Position numbers and translations under genes: made by a program. Below, one piece after another: positions 49,865-60,503 of a stretch of 64,000 bases of DNA (positions within the stretch are counted from its first letter, which is position 1; each line of letters opens with the position of its first letter). The notes under the pieces were generated by a model that saw nothing but the letters and a program-made list of their open reading frames with translations, had not been told where the DNA came from and did no database searches. Source of the stretch: an uncultured Pelagibacteraceae bacterium (GTDB lineage Bacteria; Pseudomonadota; Alphaproteobacteria; Pelagibacterales; Pelagibacteraceae). The stretch covers positions 32,583 through 96,582 of the forward strand of contig CACKBP010000005.1 in assembly GCA_902598315.1 (NCBI GenBank). The letters run 5' to 3'.

Positions 49865-50811
49865 TATTGAGATGCTTTTTTTAGACGGTCGTTGATTGCT
49901 ATACCTGGGCCATAATTAGGGACTTTAGAAACAAAGATTCTTTTGTAACCTTTTTTTTTAATTTTTCTCATAATTTTATATAAATTAGCTGCAGCTTCTT
50001 TCAAGTCACCATTTTTACTTAAATCAAAAAAATTTTTCCTTTTTTTATATTTATTCCCAAAAATGATAAAAGCATCATTAATATTTGAGGGTTTACGACC
50101 AATTATTACAGGTATCCCAGGCGAATAATGTTTTTTTAACATTCCTGGCGATTTAATTCTAGATTTTTTATGTGAAAGGTTGGTTTTTAAAAATTTTTTA
50201 ATTTCCTTTGAGCTTATTATTCCTGGTCTTAATATTCTTGGTTTATCAGTTAAATCTAAAACTGTTGATTCGATTCCAATTTTTGATTTTCCTCCATTTA
50301 TAATTATCTTTATTTTTTTTTGAAATTCTTCATACACATCTAATGCATTTATTGGGCTCAATCTTGAAGAAAGATTAGCACTTGGCATCGCTAAAGGAAA
50401 TTTAGAACTTCTTATTACAGTCTTAACGATATTATTTTTAGGAAATCTAATTGCTACAGTGTTTAAGCCAGCAGTTGCTAATTTATCAATATTAGTATTC
50501 TCTCTTTTTTTTAAAACAAATGTTATAGGACCTGGACAAAATTTTTTATAAAGTTTAAAGAAATTCTTATTAAAAATAACATCTTTATTAGCATCTTTCA
50601 AACTTGTGTAATGAATGATTAAAGGATTTACCTTTGGTCTTTTTTTCAATTTATAAATTTTTTTAATAGATGCTTTTGAATATGCGTTTCCTGCTAAACC
50701 ATAAACTGTTTCAGTGGGCAAACCAACAATATTACCTCGTTTAAGGGATTCGACAGTTTTTTTTAGTATTTTTTTGTTGAAAGAATATATATTTGAATAG
50801 ATGTTTTTCAT
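49864..50811 (-). CDS. sua5: L-threonylcarbamoyladenylate synthase (Sua5 type)
   Basis: PTETVYGL, KKRP..NPLI, PSANLS, GIESTV, SPGML..HYSP, AINDRL..A. Confidence 0.94.
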   Translation of the reverse strand: MKNIYSNIYSFNKKILKKTVESLKRGNIVGLPTETVYGLAGNAYSKASIKKIYKLKKRPKVNPLIIHYTSLKDANKDVIFNKNFFKLYKKFCPGPITFVLKKRENTNIDKLATAGLNTVAIRFPKNNIVKTVIRSSKFPLAMPSANLSSRLSPINALDVYEEFQKKIKIIINGGKSKIGIESTVLDLTDKPRILRPGIISSKEIKKFLKTNLSHKKSRIKSPGMLKKHYSPGIPVIIGRKPSNINDAFIIFGNKYKKRKNFFDLSKNGDLKEAAANLYKIMRKIKKKGYKRIFVSKVPNYGPGIAINDRLKKASQ

Positions 50812-50832
50812 AATGTTATTATTATTATCTTT

Positions 50833-51063
50833 ATGAAAATCAAAAATATTCTAGCTAATGTCAAAAGTAAATCATTAAAAGAGGCTAGGGATGAAATTGA
50901 TGAAATACTTATAAAACTTGAGAGTGAAAAACTTGATTTTAATAATGTTGAAAATGAGTACAAAAGACTTATTGAACTCAATAAATATGTAGAAGATTTA
51001 TTTAAAAAAAGGACAAAAGAAATATCAAACATAACAAAAACTAAAATTGATGATCAAAAATAA
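50833..51063 (+). CDS. xseB: Exodeoxyribonuclease VII small subunit (divergent)
   Basis: SLKEA..EIDEIL.KLE helical pattern; conserved xseB-ispA-dxs order. Confidence 0.7.
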   Translation: MKIKNILANVKSKSLKEARDEIDEILIKLESEKLDFNNVENEYKRLIELNKYVEDLFKKRTKEISNITKTKIDDQK

Positions 51064-51925
51064 ACTTAATAGAAATGCAAAAAAAGTTGATAAATTCATA
51101 ATTAATTTTTTAAGAAAACAAAAAAACTCATTATTAACTATTCCTATGAAATACGGATCAATCTCCGGAGGAAAAAAAGTGAGGTCTACAATTATTTTTG
51201 ATGCTGGAAAATTGTTTAACATTAGAGAGAAAAAACTTATTAATATTTGTGCTGCTGTGGAGTGTATTCATTCTTATTCATTAATACATGACGATCTACC
51301 ATGTATGGATGATGACTCCATTAGGAGAGGAAAACCTTCTACCCACAAAAAATTTGGAGAAGCGACAGCTGTTTTAGCTGGGAATTCACTATTAACTTTA
51401 GCTTTCGAAATAATTTCTGACAAGGCAAACTTATTATCGTTCAAACAAAAAAATGAAATTGTAACTTTATTAGCTAATTTTTCAGGTCATACAGGAATTG
51501 CTGGCGGTCAGGCATTAGATTTAAAATTTGAAAATAAAAGAAAAAAAATTAAAGACATCATTGCAATGCAAAGAAAAAAAACCGGAAAATTATTTAATTT
51601 TTGTCTTCGGTCAACTGCAATAGTAGCAAATAAAAATAGTAGAGTGCAATTGTCGTTAGGAAAACTTGGTGAAGAAATAGGTTTATTATTCCAGTTAGTT
51701 GATGACTTTCTTGATATTAAAGGTTCAATTAAATTGGTGGGTAAACCAATTAAAAAAGATAAGAAGAAAGGAAAATCAACCTTAATAAACCTGATCGGAT
51801 ATGAAAATTCAATGAAGTATGCTCATAACTTAGAAAAAAAAATATTGCTTAAACTAAAAAAACATGGAAAAAAAGCAGTAGATTTGAGAGAAACAATTAA
51901 ATTTATAAAGCAAAGAGATTTTTAA
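51047..51925 (+). CDS. ispA: Farnesyl/geranyl diphosphate synthase
   Basis: [39 protein letters not shown]; the start may be ATG 51050. Confidence 0.94.
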   Translation: MMIKNKLNRNAKKVDKFIINFLRKQKNSLLTIPMKYGSISGGKKVRSTIIFDAGKLFNIREKKLINICAAVECIHSYSLIHDDLPCMDDDSIRRGKPSTHKKFGEATAVLAGNSLLTLAFEIISDKANLLSFKQKNEIVTLLANFSGHTGIAGGQALDLKFENKRKKIKDIIAMQRKKTGKLFNFCLRSTAIVANKNSRVQLSLGKLGEEIGLLFQLVDDFLDIKGSIKLVGKPIKKDKKKGKSTLINLIGYENSMKYAHNLEKKILLKLKKHGKKAVDLRETIKFIKQRDF

Positions 51926-53844
51926 TGGCTAGATTGTTAAAGCAAATTAATTTTCCATCAGATTTAAGAAAATTTAAAAAAGCTGATTTAAAACAGATTT
52001 CCGAAGAGCTAAGAGAGGAATTAATTGAAGTCGTTTCAGAAACAGGAGGCCATTTGGGAGCTGGCCTAGGAGTTATAGAACTGACAGTTGCCTTGCATTA
52101 TGTGTTTAATACTCCAAAAGATAAATTAGTTTGGGATGTAAGTCACCAGTGTTATCCTCATAAAATAATAACAGGTCGTAAAAATAGAATTAGAACTTTA
52201 AGACAAGGTGGAGGGCTTTCAGGATTCACTAAAAGGACTGAAAGTGAATACGATCCTTTTGGAGCTGCTCATAGCTCAACTTCTATATCTTCTACACTTG
52301 GAATGGCCGTTGCAAAAAAACTATCTAACAATAATAATAGTGTTGTTGCAGTAATAGGCGATGGAGCTATGAGTGCAGGAATGGCATATGAGGCAATGAA
52401 TAATGCCGGGGCACTTAAATCTAACTTAATTGTAATACTTAATGATAATGACATGTCAATTGCAAGACCTGTTGGAGCCATGAGCAATTATCTAGCTAAA
52501 CTATTATCTGGTAAGCTATATTTTAGTTTAAGAGAAACGGTAAAGATGGTTATTTCAGCCTTTTCAAAAAGGTTTTCACAAAAAGCAGGAAAAGCAGAAG
52601 ATCTTTTAAGAAATATTGTTACTGGTGGAACTTTATTTAGTGAGCTAGGATTTTATTACGTTGGTCCAATAGATGGTCATAATGTTGAAAATCTTGTTCA
52701 AGTTTTTGAAAATGTGAAAAACTCTAATCATAAAGGTCCAGTTTTAATTCATATAAGAACTCAAAAAGGAAAAGGCTACGAGCCAGCCGAGTCTTCTGGA
52801 GATAAATATCATGGAGTATCAAAATTTAATGTTTCAACTGGCGAACAGTCCAAATCAAAGTCTAGTAACCCATCCTATACAAAAGTATTCGCCGAAACTT
52901 TAATTAAGCATGCTCAACAAGATACAAAAATAATTGGTATAACAGGCGCTATGCCCTCCGGTACCGGACTAAATTTATTTGAAAAAAAATTTCCGGATAG
53001 AACTTTTGATGTTGGAATAGCTGAACAACATGCAGTTACATTTGCTGCTGGGCTTGCAACTGAAGGATATAAACCTTATGCAGCAATATACTCAACATTT
53101 TTACAAAGAGCCTATGATCAAATTGTGCATGACGTTGCTTTACAGTCCTTACCAGTGAGATTTGCCATAGATAGAGCTGGTCTTGTAGGCGCAGATGGAC
53201 CAACACATGCGGGATCTTTTGATATTACTTTTTTGGCTACATTACCAAATTTTATTGTAATGGCTGCAAGTGATGAAGCAGAACTTGTCAGGATGATAAA
53301 TACTTCGGTATCTATAAATGACAGACCCTCAGCATTTAGATATCCGCGCGGAAATGGAACAGGAGCTCAACTACCAAATATAGATGAAATATTAGAAATA
53401 GGTAAAGCCAGAGTCATTAAAGAGGGAAAAAAAGTAGCCATTTTAAATTTTGGTGCAAGACTAGAGGAATGTAACAAGGCTTCTCAAAAACTTTCTAATA
53501 AAGGAATTGAGTGTACAATTGTTGATGCACGGTTTGCTAAGCCTTTAGATGAAAAATTAATAATTGAAATCGCAACTAACCACGAGGTTTTGATAACTAT
53601 TGAGGAGGGATCAATAGGTGGATTTGGGTCGCACGTTATGCAACTATTGTCAGATAGAGGAGTTTTCGATACTGGATTAAAATTTAGATCTATGATTTTA
53701 CCAGATATTTTTATTGATCAAGATACTCCACAAAATATGTATCAAATTGCAGGATTAGACCATCTCTCAATAATAAATAAAGTTGAAGAAACCTTGAATT
53801 CGAAAATAATTTTAGCAAAAAATAAAAACAAATTTTCAAATTAA
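51925..53844 (+). CDS. dxs: 1-deoxy-D-xylulose-5-phosphate synthase
   Basis: [38 protein letters not shown]. Confidence 0.97.
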   Translation: MARLLKQINFPSDLRKFKKADLKQISEELREELIEVVSETGGHLGAGLGVIELTVALHYVFNTPKDKLVWDVSHQCYPHKIITGRKNRIRTLRQGGGLSGFTKRTESEYDPFGAAHSSTSISSTLGMAVAKKLSNNNNSVVAVIGDGAMSAGMAYEAMNNAGALKSNLIVILNDNDMSIARPVGAMSNYLAKLLSGKLYFSLRETVKMVISAFSKRFSQKAGKAEDLLRNIVTGGTLFSELGFYYVGPIDGHNVENLVQVFENVKNSNHKGPVLIHIRTQKGKGYEPAESSGDKYHGVSKFNVSTGEQSKSKSSNPSYTKVFAETLIKHAQQDTKIIGITGAMPSGTGLNLFEKKFPDRTFDVGIAEQHAVTFAAGLATEGYKPYAAIYSTFLQRAYDQIVHDVALQSLPVRFAIDRAGLVGADGPTHAGSFDITFLATLPNFIVMAASDEAELVRMINTSVSINDRPSAFRYPRGNGTGAQLPNIDEILEIGKARVIKEGKKVAILNFGARLEECNKASQKLSNKGIECTIVDARFAKPLDEKLIIEIATNHEVLITIEEGSIGGFGSHVMQLLSDRGVFDTGLKFRSMILPDIFIDQDTPQNMYQIAGLDHLSIINKVEETLNSKIILAKNKNKFSN

Positions 53845-54923
53845 CCGCATTGAGCTTTGTTCATTAAATAATGATCTAAAAGAACACAATTAATCATTGC
53901 TTCACCAATAGGTACAGCTCTTATCCCTACGCAAGGATCATGTCTTCCTCTAACAGAGATTTTAGTATTTTTACCTTTTTTATCAATGGTCTGTCTGCTT
54001 GTAAGTATGGATGAAGTGGGTTTTACTGCAAACGATGCTACAATATCTTGGCCAGAAGAAATTCCACCTAAAATACCCCCCGCTTGATTTGATTTAAATT
54101 TTACAGCTCCAGATCCCTTGGTCATCTCATCTGAGTTTTCTTCACCACTTAAAAAAGCTGCATTCATACCAGCTCCGATATTTACTCCTTTAACAGCATT
54201 AATACTCATTAACGCTGCTGCAATATCAGTATCTAACTTCGAGTATATAGGAGCGCCTAAACCAATTGGAATACCTGAAGCTCTTAGCTCAATGATTGCA
54301 CCACATGATGATCCTGCTTTTCTGACAGCTAAAAGATATTTTTCCCATAATTTGACTGATTTTTTATCGGGACAAAAAAATGGGTTTTTCCTAATTTCTT
54401 TCTCATTCCAATTAGATTTATCGCAGGACATCAAACCCAACTGAGTGACTGCCCCAACAACCTTAAATTTTGAACCTAAAATTTTTTTCAATACAATTTT
54501 TGCTACAGCTCCAGCTGCTACTCGACAAGCTGTTTCTCTAGCCGACTGCCTTCCACCTCCTCTATAATCTCTAATACCGTATTTTTTAAAATAAGTGTAA
54601 TCAGCATGACCAGGTCTAAATTTGTTTTTAATGGTTTCGTAATCTCTAGATCTTTTATCCTCATTATAAATAATAATCGAAATTGGTGTACCCGTAGTTT
54701 TGCCCTCAAACACGCCTGATAAAATTATTGCTTTATCTGATTCTTTTCTTTGAGTTGTAAATTTAGATTGCCCAGGTCTTCGCATATCCATATCTTTCTG
54801 AATATCTGTCTCAGAAAGAGGTATATTTGGAGGGCATCCGTCAATAATACAGCCAATTGCAGGCCCGTGAGATTCTCCCCATGTAGTAAATCTAAATAAT
54901 TTTCCAAAAGTATTAAAAGACAT
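53841..54923 (-). CDS. aroC: Chorismate synthase
   Basis: GESHG, RPGHAD, RGGGR.SARET, KPTSS, GRHDPC. Confidence 0.97.
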   Translation of the reverse strand: MSFNTFGKLFRFTTWGESHGPAIGCIIDGCPPNIPLSETDIQKDMDMRRPGQSKFTTQRKESDKAIILSGVFEGKTTGTPISIIIYNEDKRSRDYETIKNKFRPGHADYTYFKKYGIRDYRGGGRQSARETACRVAAGAVAKIVLKKILGSKFKVVGAVTQLGLMSCDKSNWNEKEIRKNPFFCPDKKSVKLWEKYLLAVRKAGSSCGAIIELRASGIPIGLGAPIYSKLDTDIAAALMSINAVKGVNIGAGMNAAFLSGEENSDEMTKGSGAVKFKSNQAGGILGGISSGQDIVASFAVKPTSSILTSRQTIDKKGKNTKISVRGRHDPCVGIRAVPIGEAMINCVLLDHYLMNKAQCG

Positions 54924-54957
54924 AGATAATTAATGTATAAATTATTTTATAGAATAT

Positions 54958-55590
54958 ATGAATCAAAAAAATGGCAAAAATTCACTGGGCATTGATAATT
55001 GCTTCGAAGAATTGGACAATCCTATAGAATTGTTCAAAAAATGGTTTGCAAAAGCAGAAGAAAGCGAAATTAATGACCCAAATGCAGTTGCGGTAGCTAC
55101 CTCAGATTTAAATAATCAACCTAACGTCAGAATGGTTTTACTAAAAGGTCTGAGCGATAAAGGATTTGTTTTTTATACAAATTTTAATAGTAAAAAAGGT
55201 GGTGAACTTAAAGTAAATCAAAAAGCCTCTATGTGCTTTCACTGGAAAAGTTTAAGACGCCAGGTTAGAGCTAAAGGAAAGGTAGAAGAAGTTTCAGCTA
55301 AAGAAGCAGATGAATATTATAATTCAAGACCTTACAAAAATAGAATTGGCGCTTGGGCTTCATCACAATCACAAATTTTAGATAATAGAGAAACATTTTT
55401 AAACAAAATCAAAGAATTTGAAAAAAAATATCCTGATCAAAAAAATGTTCCTCGACCTCCTCATTGGTCTGGTTGGAGATTGTTACCTGAAGAAATTGAA
55501 TTTTGGTTAGACGCAGAAGGTAGAATACACGAAAGATTAAATTATATAAAAAATAACGGTAAATGGAAAAAAGAACTTTTATATCCTTAA
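54958..55590 (+). CDS. pdxH: Pyridoxamine 5'-phosphate oxidase
   Basis: RMVLLK, FYTN..SKK, RQVR, WASSQS, PRPPHWSG, EFW...RIHER. Confidence 0.96.
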   Translation: MNQKNGKNSLGIDNCFEELDNPIELFKKWFAKAEESEINDPNAVAVATSDLNNQPNVRMVLLKGLSDKGFVFYTNFNSKKGGELKVNQKASMCFHWKSLRRQVRAKGKVEEVSAKEADEYYNSRPYKNRIGAWASSQSQILDNRETFLNKIKEFEKKYPDQKNVPRPPHWSGWRLLPEEIEFWLDAEGRIHERLNYIKNNGKWKKELLYP

Positions 55591-56600
55591 TAAGTTCTGT
55601 TTAGACTAAAGCTTGTTAAATTTTGTAAAATTTTTTTATCTTCGGTCTCTGGAAAAATTGCTAAAGCATCGTAGGACATGTTTACAAAATACTCAGCCTT
55701 TTTAAATGTTGTCTCAACTGCTTTATATTTAGAAATCAAGCCTAGGGTTTTACTAAAATCCTCATAAGTTCTTTTTTCTTTGTTCATTATCTTGGCCAAA
55801 AAACTTTTTTCATCATTATTTCCTTTTTGGAAAATTGTAATAAGAGGAAGAGTAGCTTTCCCTTCAAAAAAATCTTTGCCGATTTCCTTACCAAATAATT
55901 TTTCTTTAGCATAATAATCTAGAGCATCATCTGCTATTTGAAAGGCTAAACCTAAATTTCTTCCATAAGATTCCAAAGCTTTTTTCTCTTTTTCATTACT
56001 ACCTGATAAACAAGCACCTGTTTTTGTAGCAGCAGAAAAAAGAGAGGCAGTTTTTAAATTAATAATATCTAAATATGTTTCCTCCAATAAATCAGCTTCT
56101 CCTTTATGTTGAAGTTGCAAAACCTCACCCTGAGCAATTTTAGAAGAAGTAGAAGACAATAGCTTAAGAACTTCTAAATCTCCATCTTCAACCATCATCT
56201 CAAAACATCTACTTAAAAGATAGTCTCCAACCAAAATAGAAGACTGGTTGCCCCAAATTGAATTTGGAGTTTTAATACCTCTTCTTAATTGACTTTCATC
56301 AATCACATCATCATGAAGTAACGTTGCAGAATGTATTAACTCAACACAAGCTGCTAAATTTACATCTCTAACATTATCTTTGTATCCGGTTAATTTTGCT
56401 GAACCCAATGTTAAAAGGGCTCTCAATCTTTTTCCGCCTGAGCTTAAATGATGAGAGCTCATTTTCTCTATAAGGTTCACATCACTCCGCAACTTAAATT
56501 GAATCAATTCTTCTACTTTTTGAAGTTTTACACCAAGTAAATTCTTTAATTCCAAGTAAGCTGAATTTGCTGATTTTTTTAATGGTACAACTAATCCCAT
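55587..56600 (-). CDS. ispB: Long-chain polyprenyl diphosphate synthase
   Basis: GGKRLR, TLLHDDVID, GEVLQ, KTA, FQIADDALD; ATG at 56600 (MGLVV) is more plausible than TTG at 56672. Confidence 0.92.
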   Translation of the reverse strand: MGLVVPLKKSANSAYLELKNLLGVKLQKVEELIQFKLRSDVNLIEKMSSHHLSSGGKRLRALLTLGSAKLTGYKDNVRDVNLAACVELIHSATLLHDDVIDESQLRRGIKTPNSIWGNQSSILVGDYLLSRCFEMMVEDGDLEVLKLLSSTSSKIAQGEVLQLQHKGEADLLEETYLDIINLKTASLFSAATKTGACLSGSNEKEKKALESYGRNLGLAFQIADDALDYYAKEKLFGKEIGKDFFEGKATLPLITIFQKGNNDEKSFLAKIMNKEKRTYEDFSKTLGLISKYKAVETTFKKAEYFVNMSYDALAIFPETEDKKILQNLTSFSLNRTY

Positions 56601-56747
56601 AAAATGTTTATATTTGTTTTTAATTGATAATAAATTTTTAATTAGTAGCGTGGTGACGCACCTAGAATTCAACCATAAGTAGCGAAATTATTAATTAAAA
56701 TTTACATTATTACTGTTATAAGAATAAAAATAACCATCGTAAAAAAT

Positions 56748-57560
56748 ATGTTTTCATTTTTTAAGAAAAAAAAAATAGTTCCTCATGTAAGGCTAACAGG
56801 AATAATTGGTTCAGCCGGTAAGTTTAAGCAAGGTATGGAATTAGCTAACCAGAGAGAAATTTTAAGGAAGGCTTTTTCCGTAAAAAAAATTTCTCATGTC
56901 GCTATCTCTATAAATTCACCTGGCGGATCTCCTGTTCAATCACATTTAATTTATAGTTATATCAGACAACTAGCTGAGAAAAATAAAGTAAAAGTTATTG
57001 TGTTTGCTGAAGATGTTGCTGCTTCTGGAGGATATTTTATTGCTTGTGCAGGAGATGAAATTTATGCAAATTCAAGCTCAATAATTGGATCAATCGGAGT
57101 AATATCGGCCTCATTTGGTTTTAAGGACCTGATCCAAAAAATCGGAGTTGAGAGAAGAGTTTATACTGCTGGAAAAAATAAAAGCACTTTAGATCCTTTT
57201 AAAGAGGAAAAAGAAGATGACATTAAAAGATTAAAAACTATTCAATTAGAGTTGCACGAAGACTTTATCAAAATAGTAGAAAGAAGCAGAGGTACAAAAC
57301 TTAAAGATCCCGAAAAAAATAATATTTTTACTGGAGAATTTTGGACAGGCAGAACATCTCTTAAGCTCGGATTAATTGATGGCATCGGAAATGCAGATCA
57401 AGTTTTAAAAGAAAAATTTGGTGATAAAGTTGTAATCAAAACTTTTGAAAAACCAAAAGGATTTATTGCGAGAAAATTGTCCTCATCTATACAGGATCCA
57501 TTTGAAAAAGTTGCGAATGTAATTGAAGAAAAGTCTATGTGGCAGAGATTTGGTTTGTAA
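56748..57560 (+). CDS. S49 family peptidase (SppA/SohB-like)
   Basis: INSPGGSP, DVAASGGY, GSIGV, TAGKNK, FTGEFW.G. Confidence 0.93.
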   Translation: MFSFFKKKKIVPHVRLTGIIGSAGKFKQGMELANQREILRKAFSVKKISHVAISINSPGGSPVQSHLIYSYIRQLAEKNKVKVIVFAEDVAASGGYFIACAGDEIYANSSSIIGSIGVISASFGFKDLIQKIGVERRVYTAGKNKSTLDPFKEEKEDDIKRLKTIQLELHEDFIKIVERSRGTKLKDPEKNNIFTGEFWTGRTSLKLGLIDGIGNADQVLKEKFGDKVVIKTFEKPKGFIARKLSSSIQDPFEKVANVIEEKSMWQRFGL

Positions 57561-58445
57561 ATGCCAGCTAAAAAAAAAGTTAAAAAAAAAATAAATTTTC
57601 TTTCTTTTCAGGACATTATTATGAATCTTCAAAAGTTTTGGGGGAAAAATGGGTGCATAATATTACAACCTTATGATTTGGAAGTTGGTGCGGGAACTTT
57701 TCATCCTGCTACTACATTAAGATCTTTAGGACCTAAACCGTGGAAAGCAGCTTATGTTCAGCCTTCAAGGAGGCCAACAGATGGAAGATACGGTGAAAAC
57801 CCAAATCGTTTGCAACATTATTATCAGTATCAAGTAATAATTAAACCTTCTCCAAATGATATAAAACAAACATACTTAAAGAGCCTAGCTTCAATTGGTA
57901 TAGATGTAAAAAATCATGATATCCGATTTATTGAAGACGACTGGGAGAGCCCAACTCTTGGCGCAGCAGGTTTAGGTTGGGAAGTATGGTGTGATGGAAT
58001 GGAAATAACGCAGTTTACTTATTTTCAACAAATGACAGGGATAGAATGTAAACCAGTTCCAGTTGAGATTACTTATGGTCTCGAAAGACTTTGTATGTTT
58101 GTTCAAGGTAAAAGTAATGTTTTTGATCTCGACTGGAATAGTGAAGGTGTAAAATACAAAGAAGTTTTCTTTCAAGCTGAAAAAGAATTTTCTGCTTATA
58201 ATTTTGAGTTTGCAAACACAGACACTCTACTAAAAAATTTTGAAAATATTGAAAATGAATGCAAATCTTTACTTGAAAAAAAACTTTCACTACCTGCTTA
58301 TGATCAGTGTTTAAAAGCAAGTCATATTTTCAATTTATTGGATGCCAGGGGAGTTATTGGGGTAGCAGAGAGAACAGGTTATATAACTAGAATTAGAGAA
58401 CTTGCAAAAGGTTGTGGAGCACTTTGGTTAAGCTCACAAAGCTAA
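57561..58445 (+). CDS. glyQ: Glycine--tRNA ligase alpha subunit
   Basis: [41 protein letters not shown]. Confidence 0.98.
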   Translation: MPAKKKVKKKINFLSFQDIIMNLQKFWGKNGCIILQPYDLEVGAGTFHPATTLRSLGPKPWKAAYVQPSRRPTDGRYGENPNRLQHYYQYQVIIKPSPNDIKQTYLKSLASIGIDVKNHDIRFIEDDWESPTLGAAGLGWEVWCDGMEITQFTYFQQMTGIECKPVPVEITYGLERLCMFVQGKSNVFDLDWNSEGVKYKEVFFQAEKEFSAYNFEFANTDTLLKNFENIENECKSLLEKKLSLPAYDQCLKASHIFNLLDARGVIGVAERTGYITRIRELAKGCGALWLSSQS

Positions 58446-58448
58446 ATT

Positions 58449-60503
58449 ATGGCAGAACTATTATTGGAATTATATAGCGAAGAAATTCCACCTCAATTAC
58501 AAATAGAAGCAAGATTACAAATTAAAAAATTTATCGAAAACGCTTTTAAGGAAGAAAAAATTAAATACAAAGAATTTTCAGTTTTTTCTTCACCAACTAG
58601 ATTATCGTTAATTGTTAAAGGCCTTTTTGAACACATTAAGACAGAGTCTAAAGAAATTAAGGGACCTAAGGTAGGATCACCGGATCAAGTTATTCAAGGT
58701 TTTATGCAATCTAAAAATGTCCTCGAAAAAGATTTAATAAAAAAAGATACCGAAAAAGGAAAATTTTATTTTATTAAAATAAAACCTCAATCAATTTCAG
58801 TTGAACACCTGCTTAATCAAATTATTCCTAAGGCAATAAGTTCAATAAGTTGGAAAAAATCGATGAAGTGGTCAGACTATAGCTTGATTTGGGGTAGGCC
58901 TTTAAGGTCCATCTTTGCAAGATTTAATAACAAAAAACTATCTTTTAAATTTGATCACTTGGAAACAACCGACTCAATAATTATTGAACAAGATTTAACT
59001 ACTAAAACAAAAAAAATAAAAGACTTTAAAGACTATTTGAGTTTTTTAAAAAGCAATAAAATTACTGTAGACCATAATGAGCGAGAACAAATTATTGTTA
59101 AAAAAATTCGTTCATATTCTCAATCCAAAGAATATAAAGAAAGCCTAAATTTAAAACTTTTGGATGAGGTCGTAAATATTGTGGAAGATCCAAATTTACT
59201 TCATGTTAGCTTTAATAAAGAATATTTAAAAATACCCCAAGAAATTATAATTTCTACTTTAGAGAAGCACCAGAGATATTTTCCAATTTTTGATAACAGG
59301 GATCGGTTAACTAATTATTTTTTTGTTGTAGCAAATAAAAAAGATAAAAAAAAGTTGATAACTCAAGGAAATAAAAGAGTTGTAGAAGCAAGATTAGCAG
59401 ATGCCAAATTTTTTTGGGATAAAGATCGTTCTAAAAATATGATTAAACAAATCGCTAATCTTAAATCAGTAACCTTTTATGAAAAACTTGGTACTATTTA
59501 TGACAAAACGCAGAGATTGAGACAATTAGCTGGCCTACTATCAGATGATTTAAACATAAATAAAGAAAAAATTCAGATCGCAGCCTCAATTTCTAAGTCT
59601 GACTTATGCTCTGATTTAGTTGGAGAGTATCCAGAACTTCAAGGCGTGATGGGAAAATATTTTGCGTTAGCGCAAGGTTTTGAAAAAGATGTTGCTAATT
59701 CAGTAAGCGATCATTATTTACCTATTGGTCTTACTTCAATTTTACCAAAGAAACCTTTTAGCTACTCTATTTCAATAGTAGATAGAATAGACACTCTAGT
59801 TGGTTTTTTTGTAATTAGTGAAAAACCAACTAGTTCAAAAGATCCTTTTGCTTTAAGACGAGCCGCAGTTGGATTATTAAGAGTAATTATTGAAAACAAA
59901 TTAACATTTAAATTGAGAGAACTAATTAGTTATGCAATTAGACTTTATCAAGAACAAGGCGTTGAGATAAAAAATGAAAAAACGGAACAAGAAGTTTTGG
60001 ACTTTATAAAAGAAAGAATGAGAAACGTTTTAAAATTAAAGAATATCAAAACTGATATTATTGAAGCATCAATAAGTTCACACGTAGGAGATAATTTTTT
60101 AGCTCTTTATACGAAAACAATCTTAATGAACAAATATAAAAATAAAGGCATAGGTCTGAATGCTATTAGTTCATATAAAAGAGCTTCAAATATTTTGGAT
60201 AAGGCTGGTAAGAGAATCACTGGCAGACCTGATGCAGTCTTATTTAGAAAAGAGGAAGAGAAAATACTTTACGAGAAAATAAATGAAATCCGAAAAGCTT
60301 TGACTGTAAAAGATGACAATAAAGACTATGAAAGCTTGTTGATAAAGCTTTCAGATACCAAAGAATCTACAGATAATTTTTTTGACAATGTTGTTGTAAA
60401 TGAAGAAAATCAGGATATTAAAAATAATAGATTAGAGTTGTTAAAATTGTTCTGTAATACTTTTGATAACTTTATAGATTTTTCAAAATTAGAAGGATTG
60501 TAA
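58449..60503 (+). CDS. glyS: Glycine--tRNA ligase beta subunit
   Basis: ELYSEEIP, W.RPLR, HQRYF, ARLADAKFF, GEYPELQG, SSKDPFALRR, NRL.LL. Confidence 0.96.
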   Translation: MAELLLELYSEEIPPQLQIEARLQIKKFIENAFKEEKIKYKEFSVFSSPTRLSLIVKGLFEHIKTESKEIKGPKVGSPDQVIQGFMQSKNVLEKDLIKKDTEKGKFYFIKIKPQSISVEHLLNQIIPKAISSISWKKSMKWSDYSLIWGRPLRSIFARFNNKKLSFKFDHLETTDSIIIEQDLTTKTKKIKDFKDYLSFLKSNKITVDHNEREQIIVKKIRSYSQSKEYKESLNLKLLDEVVNIVEDPNLLHVSFNKEYLKIPQEIIISTLEKHQRYFPIFDNRDRLTNYFFVVANKKDKKKLITQGNKRVVEARLADAKFFWDKDRSKNMIKQIANLKSVTFYEKLGTIYDKTQRLRQLAGLLSDDLNINKEKIQIAASISKSDLCSDLVGEYPELQGVMGKYFALAQGFEKDVANSVSDHYLPIGLTSILPKKPFSYSISIVDRIDTLVGFFVISEKPTSSKDPFALRRAAVGLLRVIIENKLTFKLRELISYAIRLYQEQGVEIKNEKTEQEVLDFIKERMRNVLKLKNIKTDIIEASISSHVGDNFLALYTKTILMNKYKNKGIGLNAISSYKRASNILDKAGKRITGRPDAVLFRKEEEKILYEKINEIRKALTVKDDNKDYESLLIKLSDTKESTDNFFDNVVVNEENQDIKNNRLELLKLFCNTFDNFIDFSKLEGL

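Noticed and set aside
46826-50811. Prophage or integrative element at tRNA-Arg (or at tRNA-Val/fMet)
   Set aside because: No integrase, no duplicated tRNA 3' end seen, and the block is coupled to the core gene sua5
56601-56672. 24-aa N-terminal extension of IspB from the TTG start in the ORF track
   Set aside because: Low-complexity AT-rich sequence; ATG at 56600 gives a normal-length protein
56691-56705. CtrA-like TTAA-N7-TTA(A/C) boxes
   Set aside because: Such matches arise by chance throughout this AT-rich sequence
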